Source: Candidatus Saccharimonadota bacterium
GTDB lineage: Bacteria; Bacteroidota; Bacteroidia; Cytophagales; Amoebophilaceae
Assembly: GCF_965196625.1 (NCBI RefSeq)
Contig: NZ_OZ239769.1
Span: 720,001 to 752,000, forward strand
Direction: 5' to 3'
DNA length: 32,000 nt
Shown here: positions 7,250 through 15,930 of the stretch, in pieces
How positions within the stretch are numbered: the stretch's first letter is position 1
How the letters are laid out: each line of letters begins with the position of its first letter
Position numbers and translations under genes: made by a program
The notes under the pieces: model-generated
Told to the model about the DNA's origin: nothing
Databases searched by the model: none
Seen by the model: only the letters and a program-made list of their open reading frames with translations

Positions 7250-9721
7250 ATGACCAAACCCTTTTTGCCGCAACGTTACAACTTTTTAGAACGAGAAAAA
7301 CATTGGCAGTGCTTTTGGGCAACAGAGGCGCTCTACAGCTGGGATCCTACCGCGCCTCGTGCTGCTACTTTTGTGGTAGATACACCTCCGCCTACCATTT
7401 CCGGACAGTTGCATATAGGCCATGCCTGTAGCTATACACAGGCTGACTTTATCGTTCGATTTCAGCGTATGTTGGGTAAGAATATTTTTTATCCCATGGG
7501 CTTTGATGACAATGGCTTGCCTACGGAACGCTTGGTAGAAAAACAAAAAGGGGTGCGTGCCGCTCATATGGATAGAGCGGCTTTTATACGCTTATGCCAA
7601 GAAGTAGTTGCGCATGAAGAGGAAAAGTTTAGGAATCTTTTTAAAGCCATGGCCCTTTCTGTTGATTGGAGCCTAGAATATCAAACGATTAGCCCACGCT
7701 CTCGTAAGCTTTCACAGCTCTCTTTTTTGGCGCTTTTAGAAAGCGGGGAGGTATACCGTAGTGCACAACCTATGTTGTGGGATCCAGTAGATGGTACCGC
7801 TTTGGCACAAGCCGATATTGAAGAAAAGGCGCGAACTGCTTATATGTATGACATTCTATTTACACATGAAGCGACGCAAACGCCTCTACCGATTGCTACT
7901 ACGCGGCCGGAGTTATTGCCTGCTTGTGTAGCCTTATTTTATCATCCAGATGACTTACGTTACCAGCATTTAGCGGGTACATATGCGATTACACCTATCT
8001 TTAATATCAGGGTGCCTATTTTAGCAGACGGGTTGGTGCAGCCCAATAAGGGGACGGGTTTGGTGATGTGTTGTACCTTTGGCGACCAAACAGATATACT
8101 ATGGTGGAAAAAACACCAGCTACCTACTGCTATCATCCTAGATAAACAGGGCAGAGTTACCCATGTTGGTCCGTTGCAAGGGCTAAAGGTAGCAGAAGCA
8201 CGTGAAAAAATCATTCAAATCTTACAAGATCAGTCGCTTTTGGTAAAGCAAACCGCTGTACATCAGTCTGTAAAATGTGCAGAACGTTCTGGTGCACCTT
8301 TGGAAATTCTTACTACGCCTCAGTGGTTTGTGCGAACGATTGACCATAAATCGACACTTTTAGCTAAGGTCAATCAACTGAAATGGCATCCTGCTGCGAT
8401 GCAACATAGACTGGAGGAGTGGGTGAATGGCATCGCTTGGGATTGGTGTATTAGCCGCCAACGCTATTTTGGAGTGCCTTTTCCGGTTTGGTATTCTAAA
8501 AGAGTGGGAGAAGAAGGGAAGGTTTTGGTACCATCTACTGACCAACTACCTGTAAACCCACTTGAAGATTTACCTGTAGGTTATACAAGGGAGGAGGTAG
8601 AACCCGATTATGATGTAATGGATACCTGGGCGACCAGTAGTATTTCTCCACAACTTTCTTCTTATGCTATTAATAAGGATTTTAGCATAGACTATGCTAG
8701 GCACCGGCAGTTGTTTCCCATGGATTTGCGTCCACAAGCCCATGAAATTATACGGACTTGGGCTTTTTATACTTTACTCAAGGCGCATTTGCATGAAGAT
8801 AGCCTTCCTTGGCACAATGTGATGATCAATGGATGGTGTCTAGCGCCAGATAAGCAGAAAATGTCTAAGTCTAAAGGTAATGTGCTCCTTCCTGAAAAGT
8901 TGTTGCAAACATATGGCGCGGATGTAATCCGCTATTGGGCAGCCAATGCGCGTTTGGGGGCGGATACTTGCTATTGCGATAATGTGATGAAAAATGGGAA
9001 ACGGCTGGTTACTAAGCTATGGAATGCTGGTAAATTTATCTTAAGCCACCTTGATAAGGTAGAAGGGCTCAATCAGCCGCTTCCGTTGCATGCGATTACC
9101 CATACGCTAGATAAATGGCTTTTACAGTCCTTAGCAGATTTGACGGAAAAGGTCCATCTGCACTTTTTAGCCTATGGGTATGCAGAGGTATTGGAGGCGG
9201 TAGAAAAATTCTTTTGGTCTGTTTTTTGTGATGATTATCTCGAGATTAGTAAGGCTAGGGTCTATGATGAACTGGCACAGGATCCTCAAGGCCAGTCTAG
9301 TGCGATTATAACGCTTTACCATACTTTTTATGGTTTATTACAGCTTTTTTCGCCTATTTTGCCCCATATTACGGAAGAGCTTGCTCAGGGGCTTTATCCG
9401 CATAAGGGGTCTATTCACCAAAAAGGGAATTGGCCTAAATGGATATTAGATACTGCTTTAAGTCAGGCACAACTTGACCAAATCACGCATCTTAGGGAAA
9501 TTATTGGATTGGTACGTAAGGCAAAGGCGGATGGTCAGCTTTCTATAAAAGCGCCGATTCGGTTGTTAACCATTCGTGGTGCGCTTTTAGATGAGGATAT
9601 CAGCGAAGATCTTAAAGCGGTTGCTGCAGCTACACAGATGGTGTATAGTGACGGCGCATTGGATGGCATGGATGTACAGGTTGTAGGGAAAGGGTGTACA
9701 ATAGGAGTGGTGTGGGGGTAG
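7250..9721 (+). CDS. valS: Valine--tRNA ligase, type-2 (archaeal/Rickettsia-like) form
   Basis: Class I aaRS with HIGH region [30 protein letters not shown] and KMSKS loop KMSKSKGN. The PPP-T-x-SG pre-HIGH context fits ValRS rather than IleRS or LeuRS. The likely start is [12 protein letters not shown] (ATG at 7250). The track ORF begins at an upstream TTG. Confidence 0.85.
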   Translation: MTKPFLPQRYNFLEREKHWQCFWATEALYSWDPTAPRAATFVVDTPPPTISGQLHIGHACSYTQADFIVRFQRMLGKNIFYPMGFDDNGLPTERLVEKQKGVRAAHMDRAAFIRLCQEVVAHEEEKFRNLFKAMALSVDWSLEYQTISPRSRKLSQLSFLALLESGEVYRSAQPMLWDPVDGTALAQADIEEKARTAYMYDILFTHEATQTPLPIATTRPELLPACVALFYHPDDLRYQHLAGTYAITPIFNIRVPILADGLVQPNKGTGLVMCCTFGDQTDILWWKKHQLPTAIILDKQGRVTHVGPLQGLKVAEAREKIIQILQDQSLLVKQTAVHQSVKCAERSGAPLEILTTPQWFVRTIDHKSTLLAKVNQLKWHPAAMQHRLEEWVNGIAWDWCISRQRYFGVPFPVWYSKRVGEEGKVLVPSTDQLPVNPLEDLPVGYTREEVEPDYDVMDTWATSSISPQLSSYAINKDFSIDYARHRQLFPMDLRPQAHEIIRTWAFYTLLKAHLHEDSLPWHNVMINGWCLAPDKQKMSKSKGNVLLPEKLLQTYGADVIRYWAANARLGADTCYCDNVMKNGKRLVTKLWNAGKFILSHLDKVEGLNQPLPLHAITHTLDKWLLQSLADLTEKVHLHFLAYGYAEVLEAVEKFFWSVFCDDYLEISKARVYDELAQDPQGQSSAIITLYHTFYGLLQLFSPILPHITEELAQGLYPHKGSIHQKGNWPKWILDTALSQAQLDQITHLREIIGLVRKAKADGQLSIKAPIRLLTIRGALLDEDISEDLKAVAAATQMVYSDGALDGMDVQVVGKGCTIGVVWG

Positions 9722-9796
9722 GGGTTTGTTCTACTTTTTGCTTGATCGAAAGGTAGTAAATGTCTTTATAGGCTGTTCGTATGCTGCGCTCTGGTA

Positions 9797-9970
9797 GCCG
9801 CCGATAAAAAATTTGGCACGCAGTAAAATAATGAAATGAATTGTTTTACATCGGGAAAATCATAAACTCAGCCCGCTACGCGTGCTTCACACATGATTTT
9901 CTAATCCGATGCAAAACAGTTCGCTCAAAGACTTCCGTTTTACTGAAAGTGCCAAATTTTATCGGCGGCC
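9797..9970. mobile_element. Family-A foldback (MITE-like) element, long copy
   Basis: The terminal inverted repeats are gccgccgataaaaaatttggcac (9797..9819) and gtgccaaattttatcggcggcc (9949..9970). The internal arms are also imperfectly complementary (cagtaaaataatgaa...ttgttttacatcgg...gaaaatcat versus atgattttc...ccgatgcaaaacag...ttttactg). There is no ORF. Confidence 0.65.
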
Positions 9971-10116
9971 ATAATGCCCAAAACCTCTTAATAATGTGCG
10001 TTTTGGATTTATTTTACTGATTTAAAACAATATAATACTTCTTAACATTTCTTAGTTTGTGAATATTTGCACTTGCCCAACAAGTATCTTAGCTATGTTT
10101 ATTAGTATATTATATA

Positions 10117-10974
10117 TTATCTGGTATCTGATCCAAAATGCACGTGCTTAGATTTTTTAGTACCTTCTTTAGGAGATTTACGACGTTTACTCGAATTAGA
10201 TTGCGTGCTGTTTTCAGGGGTTGTAGTAGTAGCTTCTGATGAATTGCTTGTAGCATGCGTTTGAGTATTATTCAAGGCTGTGGTAGCGTAAAAAAAGTTC
10301 TCCTGCAACTTATCAATATGGTCTGATATATATGTGCTATATGTGTTACAATTTTTTAAAATCATAAGAATTGCATGGCTATGCTGTAGATAATCCTTAA
10401 TGTTCTGTACTAGGTTGTTTTCAGCTTCCCAGTTGTAATTTTTTTCTACTAATTCGCAAGATTCATCGGCCTTTATAATAATCTTAAGATACTGCTTAGC
10501 ATCATGCTTGATTATGTTAATTATGTGAGTTATGCATCGTATGCATTCTTTCTTATTAAGCTCACTAAGCTCGCTATCACCGAGCTTATAAGTAATAAGG
10601 AGTTTTCTAACAGCAGGATAAGCAAGTTGCCAATCAGTAATGTTTTGACTTGTATCTAAAATAATCCTAAGCTTCTCTTTTTCGTCTGTTTGTAATTCCT
10701 CAGTCTTATCAGCTTTAGAAGAGTTAAATTTTTTTATTACCTCATTGAGATCAGTTGTCTTGAAAATATTGTGTATATCGCTCAGTACTTCATTTACCTC
10801 TATTTTGTCAGGAACAGTACCCTTAGGCGCTTGACTGCTTTTTGTAGCTACACTACTCGTATTTAACTCGCCACGTATACCCAATTTTACTTGGCTTGCA
10901 TTACATCCAATTAAATGTATGAATACACCATTGCATACAGCCAGTTTCCATCTTTGTTTTAGGTGCGCTAACAT
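10117..10974 (-). CDS. Hypothetical lipoprotein (orphan; helical core, S/T/K-rich basic tail)
   Basis: 285-aa ORF. Its N-terminus, MLAHLKQRWKLAVCNGVFIHLIGCNAS, carries a lipobox-like LIGC. The C-terminal low-complexity tail is TSNSSEATTTTPENSTQSNSSKRRKSPKEGTKKSKH. I recognise no domain, and the gene is AT-rich. Confidence 0.55.
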   Translation of the reverse strand: MLAHLKQRWKLAVCNGVFIHLIGCNASQVKLGIRGELNTSSVATKSSQAPKGTVPDKIEVNEVLSDIHNIFKTTDLNEVIKKFNSSKADKTEELQTDEKEKLRIILDTSQNITDWQLAYPAVRKLLITYKLGDSELSELNKKECIRCITHIINIIKHDAKQYLKIIIKADESCELVEKNYNWEAENNLVQNIKDYLQHSHAILMILKNCNTYSTYISDHIDKLQENFFYATTALNNTQTHATSNSSEATTTTPENSTQSNSSKRRKSPKEGTKKSKHVHFGSDTR

Positions 10975-11062
10975 AGTTTTGAATATTTAAAATATTGCAC
11001 AAGAATGTTTACGCATTTTAGACGAAAATTGCAACTTTTTGTAAAAACTTATCTGTTTTTAA

Positions 11063-11212
11063 CGCTTTATCAGATTCGAAAAAAATTGGTTGGTTTGTAC
11101 GTATTCAGGAAATAGTATTAACTGAATGTGTATATTTTTTATTTATTATCAATATAAAACATAATTTTAATCAGGATTGTTCCCATTGCATCAAGTTAAA
11201 ACGCTAGTGGCC
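11063..11212 (-). repeat. Conserved leader repeat, copy A (upstream of the 10117..10974 gene)
   Basis: The reverse complement aligns with 27831..27960 at roughly 70% overall. The core 11130..11171 versus 27873..27912 matches at about 36 of 40 positions (attaaaat[t/a]atgttttatattgataat..aataaaa..tatac). Confidence 0.55.
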
Positions 11213-11274
11213 GTCGATAAAAAAACTTGGCACTTCATTATTTTTACTGTGTGCTAAACTTTTTATCGGCGGCC
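11209..11274. mobile_element. Family-A foldback element, internally deleted short copy
   Basis: Sequence reads ggccgtcgataaaaaaacttggcac - ttcattatttttactgt - gtgctaaactttttatcggcggcc. It has the same termini as 9797..9970, and the loop matches the cagtaaaataatgaa segment of the long copy. Confidence 0.6.
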
Positions 11275-11339
11275 AGCGGTGGAAGCGTAAAGGTTCTTTT
11301 GAATAAAATGTATGAGTTCGTTATCTTTACAGCGCGCTT

Positions 11340-12527
11340 ATGACGCATTTGTACCAACATAATCTTATGCCATTGATCCAAGCACAAACCAAAAATCATG
11401 CCGGCATCTACCTGCACATTCCATTTTGTAAGCAAGCATGTTACTATTGTGCCTTTCACTTTAGCACAAATTTGAAACTCAAATCGTTGGTGGTGGAGGC
11501 TATGCGTAAAGAAATCGTGCTGCGTCAAGATTATTTAAAAGGGATGCCCATTGCCAGTATTTATTTTGGTGGTGGTACGCCTTCTTTATTAACTCTTGAA
11601 GAAATAGAGCGGTTACTCAATCAGGTCGTACAATCCTTTCCGATTGCATCCGAAGCAGAGATTACATTAGAGGCGAATCCTGATGACCTAACGCTTGAAA
11701 AATTGCAAGGATTGCGCCATATGGGTGTCAATAGGCTGAGTATAGGCATACAATCTTTTAATGACCAGGCCCTTCATTATATGAATAGAGCCCATACCAG
11801 TGCTATGGCACAAAATAGCATAGCGTGGGCACGTACTGCTGGTTTTGATAACCTAAATATAGACCTTATCTATGCGATTCCTGGTATGACTATGCTGGAT
11901 TGGCATGCCGATTTAACACAAGCCTTATTACTAGCGCCAGAACATATTTCCGCCTATTGTTTGACCATAAAACCCAAAACTGTATTTGGCCATTGGCATG
12001 CACAAGGACGCATCAGTGAAATAGACGAAAGCTTAACCGCAGAACAGTTTGAACGAACAGTAGCAATTTGTAGCCAACAGGGTTATCTCCATTATGAAAT
12101 TTCTAACTTTTGCAAGCCTGAAAAATATTCCAGGCACAATACCAACTACTGGAAATCAGGTCCCTACATAGGAATAGGGCCCGGTGCGCATGCCTATAAT
12201 GGTCTGCAAAGACAATGGAATATCTCCCATAATGCTTTGTACGTTAAAGCTATCCAAAATGGGCAATGCCCTTATACCGAAGAAGCTCTAACCATAGCCA
12301 ATCATGTAAATGAATATATTATGACCAGTATTAGAACCTGCTGGGGCTGTGACTTCGACTGGATTTATAAGCAATATGCGATTGACCTTATGGCCACCCA
12401 AAAAGATTATTTAGAAAAAATGATCTTATGGAAGTTGGCCTATTTGAGCGGCCATACACTTTATTTAACAAATAGTGGTAAATTGCTAGCTGATAAAATA
12501 GCCAGTGATCTTTTTATCGAGGGCTGA
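11340..12527 (+). CDS. hemW: Radical SAM heme chaperone HemW (HemN-like, coproporphyrinogen III oxidase family)
   Basis: The radical-SAM cluster motif is HIPFCKQACYYCAFHF (CxxxCxxC). GGGTPS, the TIM-barrel region and a HemN_C-like C-terminus are present. Length is about 390 aa and the gene ends at TGA 12525..12527. Confidence 0.88.
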   Translation: MTHLYQHNLMPLIQAQTKNHAGIYLHIPFCKQACYYCAFHFSTNLKLKSLVVEAMRKEIVLRQDYLKGMPIASIYFGGGTPSLLTLEEIERLLNQVVQSFPIASEAEITLEANPDDLTLEKLQGLRHMGVNRLSIGIQSFNDQALHYMNRAHTSAMAQNSIAWARTAGFDNLNIDLIYAIPGMTMLDWHADLTQALLLAPEHISAYCLTIKPKTVFGHWHAQGRISEIDESLTAEQFERTVAICSQQGYLHYEISNFCKPEKYSRHNTNYWKSGPYIGIGPGAHAYNGLQRQWNISHNALYVKAIQNGQCPYTEEALTIANHVNEYIMTSIRTCWGCDFDWIYKQYAIDLMATQKDYLEKMILWKLAYLSGHTLYLTNSGKLLADKIASDLFIEG

Positions 12528-12550
12528 TCGTTTAAAATGACACTTTTTCA

Positions 12551-14389
12551 ATGCGCATGTATTCTAGGATTATAGCTTACGCAGGGCCTTTAAAGAAGTC
12601 CGCTTTGTATTATTTTTTGGCTATTCTTCTATCCATTTTTTTTGGATTGGTTACCTATGGATTGGTGATTCCCTTGCTTAAAGTGTTGTTTAACCAAGAA
12701 GAGTTAAACCGTTTGTTATTCGAAGAACAGGTAAAGCCAAAATGGCAGCTAGAGATTGGCTATTTTACCAGCTTATTTAATTACTATTTTATAAAACTCA
12801 TTATCGATTACGGTAAAATCAGTGCCCTCTCTTTGTTGGCATTTTTATTTATGCTATCTAATGCCATTAGCGGCTTTTTTAGATATATAGCAGATGTTAC
12901 CATGGCTAAAGTACGCGTAAACCTAGTCCATAATTTGCGTTTGGCACTCTTTAAAAAAAGCTTAGATCTTTCTGTTCAATACTTTACTGATCAAAAGAAA
13001 GGAGATATAATGGCACGTATTACTGTTGATATTCAAGAAATTGAATATGTAGTGCCCGATACTTTGCGTCTCTTTTTAAAAGAACCCACTCAACTTTTTT
13101 GTTACATTGTCGTTCTATTTTACATGTCTCCAAAGCTTAGCCTGTTTACTTTATTATTTTTACCCATTGTCGGGTGGACCATTGCTCAGATTATACAATC
13201 CCTTCGTAAATGGACCGATCAAACCCAAAAGTCGCTTGGCCATTTAATGAATTTGATTGCAGAGACTGTAAGTGGCATCCGTATCATTAAAATATTTGGT
13301 GCGCAGCAATATGCTGTGAACCATTTTAATAAAGAAAGCAGGTTGTATATCCGTACCAATATGGCTGTAGCAAAAAAGTCCTATATGATTGCCCCTATAT
13401 CTGCATCGTTAAGTGTGGTAGCCGTTTCCATTATACTTGCCTATGGTGGCCATTTGATCCTTTTAGATCGCAGCATGCTTACACCCAGTACTTTTATTGC
13501 CTACATTATTATTTGCTCCCAAACCCTTATACCTATCAAAATGATTTCAAGATCTATTGGCCATATTCAACGCGGAATGGCTGCTGGAAGGCGTATTTTC
13601 GGTTTGCTGGATCAAAAATCCACGCTTAACCCCTTGTCTGGTGAGCAGGTATCTACTACATTCACCAGTCAAATCCTCTTTAAGGATGTTTCTTTTGCTT
13701 ATGATGGCAGCAAAGAAGTCTTACACCAGATCAATCTTACCATCCAAAAAGGTGAAACCATAGGATTGGTTGGGGCTTCTGGATCAGGAAAGTCTACCCT
13801 ATTATCGCTCTTGTCTGGTCTCTATCAACCCAACCATGGCACCATTGCAATAGATCACTTGCCTATTTCACAGATGTGTCCTACCTCGCTACATCGTTTA
13901 ATCGGCGTGGTCACCCAGGAATCTATTTTATTTCACGACACCATTTTGAACAACATTGTCTTGAATAGGCCAGGTTTCAGCAAAGCAGCTGTTATAGAAG
14001 CCGCTCAAGTAGCTTGTGCACATGATTTTATTATGGCTTTACCCCAAGGCTATCATACCATGATTGGAGAAAATGGCAATAAGCTTTCTGGTGGTCAAAG
14101 GCAGCGTATTTGCATTGCCAGAGCAATATTAGGGAATCCGCCTATTTTAGTGCTAGATGAAGCCACCTCAGCTTTGGATAGTGCCTCTGAGCGCAACCTA
14201 CACGAAGGCCTTCAATTGCTTATTAAAAATAAAACCTCTATTGTAGTAGCCCATAGGTTAAGCACCATTTATCATGCCGATAAAATTATTGTATTGGATC
14301 AAGGTAAAATCGTAGAAGAGGGCACCCATGCAAGCCTACTTGCTCAAGAAGGCCTCTATAAAAAATTATTTTTATTGCAAAAAGGTTAG
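12551..14389 (+). CDS. Fused permease/ATPase ABC exporter (MsbA-like)
   Basis: 612-aa ORF with a six-TM-type N-terminal domain. The NBD has Walker A GASGSGKST, signature LSGGQRQR and Walker B ILVLDEATSALD. Confidence 0.9.
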   Translation: MRMYSRIIAYAGPLKKSALYYFLAILLSIFFGLVTYGLVIPLLKVLFNQEELNRLLFEEQVKPKWQLEIGYFTSLFNYYFIKLIIDYGKISALSLLAFLFMLSNAISGFFRYIADVTMAKVRVNLVHNLRLALFKKSLDLSVQYFTDQKKGDIMARITVDIQEIEYVVPDTLRLFLKEPTQLFCYIVVLFYMSPKLSLFTLLFLPIVGWTIAQIIQSLRKWTDQTQKSLGHLMNLIAETVSGIRIIKIFGAQQYAVNHFNKESRLYIRTNMAVAKKSYMIAPISASLSVVAVSIILAYGGHLILLDRSMLTPSTFIAYIIICSQTLIPIKMISRSIGHIQRGMAAGRRIFGLLDQKSTLNPLSGEQVSTTFTSQILFKDVSFAYDGSKEVLHQINLTIQKGETIGLVGASGSGKSTLLSLLSGLYQPNHGTIAIDHLPISQMCPTSLHRLIGVVTQESILFHDTILNNIVLNRPGFSKAAVIEAAQVACAHDFIMALPQGYHTMIGENGNKLSGGQRQRICIARAILGNPPILVLDEATSALDSASERNLHEGLQLLIKNKTSIVVAHRLSTIYHADKIIVLDQGKIVEEGTHASLLAQEGLYKKLFLLQKG

Positions 14390-14620
14390 TATAAATACTT
14401 GCAAATAGATAAAATCTGTTATAAATCTGCAAAATCGCTTGCGGATAGGTAAAATATGTTATATCTGTTATACCTTTGATATACTTACTTTATAAGTAAA
14501 GCTTTTAGTAAAAAGTATAGTGCATAACTATAAAAAATGTTAAAAATGTGGATGTGGGGATAGTCCCACCCCTTCGAAGTCTAAGTCTAAAGGTTCCTTG
14601 AATAATATAGGCAAGAGTAA

Positions 14621-15134
14621 TGGCAAAAGGCGTCAGTGGTTGGATCAGCTGGTGGTAGCGATGTCGATGATACCCAGAAACCTGATGATGTTTCTGAGGG
14701 TGACGATGAAGACGATCTGAGGAAGGCTTATAAAAAAGCCGTTCCTGAGGGGGAGGTGAATATGACCAAGGATGCAAAGCAAGAACTCGATAAAGTGTAT
14801 CGTAAGATGAAGGAGAAACTAGAGCAACAGAAGCAAGATAAAGAAAAAGAGCTGGAGGAGTGGATGCAGGTGTCATAATCGTTATGAGCAGCAGAAGAAG
14901 GAATTTGAGGTTCGAGAAACGGAATTTAATCAGAAGAAAAATGAGGTGGATCGTAGGTGGTTTCCGGGCAGCAAGTACTGGAACAGTGAGAGTGATCAGA
15001 AAGCGCTGGATACCCTAGGAAAGGCCAAAGAGAAGGCGGAAGAGGATTTAAAAAAGGCTCCGAGAGAGAAGGAGCGCGTTGAATCGGTGAAGTCTATTAA
15101 GGAACATTCAGACAAGTTAGACAGCGATCTGTAG
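14621..15134 (+). pseudogene. Frameshifted remnant of an acidic/coiled-coil protein gene
   Basis: Two charged K/E-rich ORFs (14636..14878 and about 14877..15134) lie in different frames and abut near 14870-14880. The first has no start codon or signal context, because a stop lies at 14618..14620 just upstream. The purine-rich coding texture continues across the frame change. Confidence 0.4.
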
Positions 15135-15228
15135 CAGATCATGAAGGAGTTGCAAAGCGGCAAACTGGACGGTATAGATTTTATCTAGTCACGGCCTTGG
15201 TGAACAGGTAATGGCGTCAACTTAAAAA

Positions 15229-15345
15229 GGGATTGAAAAAGGCAAGCGAGAAATCGCCGAATCTATGCTTAAAAAGGGTTATGCTTTGGAAGAGATTGTT
15301 ATGCTAACGGGCTTATCCATCTCTGAAATTAACAAACTTTCCTAG
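15229..15345 (+). pseudogene. C-terminal fragment resembling Rpn/YhgA-like PD-(D/E)XK 'putative transposase' family tail
   Basis: A third frame encodes GIEKGKREIAESMLKKGYALEEIVMLTGLSISEINKLS*, preceded by an in-frame stop. The pattern (E)KG..EIA..LLK.G....EI...TGLS..EI.KL is typical of the C-termini of that family. No N-terminal nuclease domain is present. Confidence 0.4.
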
Positions 15346-15382
15346 TGGATCAGTGATAACGAAATAGCAGGGAAATAGGCAG

Positions 15383-15455
15383 TGGTCCCGGAAGGACTCG
15401 AACCTTCAACCTACTGCTTAGAAGGCAGTTGCTCTATCCATTGAGCTACGGAACC
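15383..15455 (-). tRNA. tRNA-Arg (anticodon UCU)
   Basis: The reverse complement folds as a cloverleaf. Acceptor is GGTTCCG/CGGGACC (one G-T pair), D stem GCTC/GAGC, anticodon stem ACTGC/GCAGT with loop CT-TCT-AA, T arm GAAGG-TTCGAGT-CCTTC, discriminator A. No CCA is encoded. Confidence 0.9.
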
Positions 15456-15485
15456 TAAAATGGATGGCTGACAGCATTCTTTTCG

Positions 15486-15560
15486 TCGGGGCGGCAGGAT
15501 TCGAACCTGCGACCTTCTGCTCCCAAAGCAGACGCGATAACCGAGCTACGCTACGCCCCG
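15486..15560 (-). tRNA. tRNA-Pro (anticodon UGG)
   Basis: In the reverse complement, the acceptor is CGGGGCG/CGCCCCG. The anticodon stem is TCTGC/GCAGA with loop TT-TGG-GA. The T arm is GCAGG-TTCGAAT-CCTGC. No CCA is encoded. Confidence 0.9.
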
Positions 15561-15583
15561 AATTTCAAAAGAAATATAACCTG

Positions 15584-15672
15584 CGGATAGGGGGGGATTC
15601 GAACCCCCGGTACAGATCAATCCATACGGCAGTTTAGCAAACTGCTGGTTTAAGCCACTCACCCACCTATCC
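15584..15672 (-). tRNA. tRNA-Ser (anticodon GCU), class II with long variable arm
   Basis: In the reverse complement, the acceptor is GGATAGG/CCTATCC and the D arm is GGT-GAGTGGCTTAA-ACC. The anticodon stem is GCAGT/ACTGC with loop TT-GCT-AA. There is a long variable arm, a T arm GGGGG-TTCGAAT-CCCCC and discriminator G. Confidence 0.85.
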
Positions 15673-15785
15673 CTATAGCCCTATAACATAGGGGTATGTA
15701 AATTTACTGAATTTATAAGAAAAACGTGCATATAATTCCTGAAAATTAGATTGTATCTAGTATAAAATGATCTATATCTATTGGA

Positions 15786-15929
15786 ATTCTCTCGAAACGC
15801 GCTTATCCTGAGGAATTTGTAGGAGACACGGTGCGTAAAACCAGAGCGTACTAGATGTACGTGAGGATTTGAGCACCGGATCGACGCGCAAATTACTAGC
15901 AGAAGTAGCGTTTCGAAAGAAGGCTATTA
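15786..15929. mobile_element. Family-B palindromic (foldback, MITE/RPE-like) element, full copy
   Basis: The left arm (tctctcgaaacgc...aatttg...cggtgcgtaaaacc) is imperfectly complementary to the right arm (ggatttgagcaccg...caaatt...gcgtttcgaaagaag). They pair around the centre gagcgtac-tagat-gtacgtg. The right half is the about-90% match to 5050..5139. The element ends 2 nt from the murF stop codon. Confidence 0.7.
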
Positions 15930-15930
15930 T

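Noticed and set aside
11244-11528. 94-aa minus-strand ORF
   Set aside because: It overlaps the hemW start region and the family-A repeat, and it has no motifs. The hemW reading is clearly the real one.
14505-14876. 123-aa minus-strand ORF (P/S/H/Y-rich)
   Set aside because: It is antisense to the purine-rich, K/E-rich decayed coding region. It is low complexity, has no motifs and has no plausible start context.
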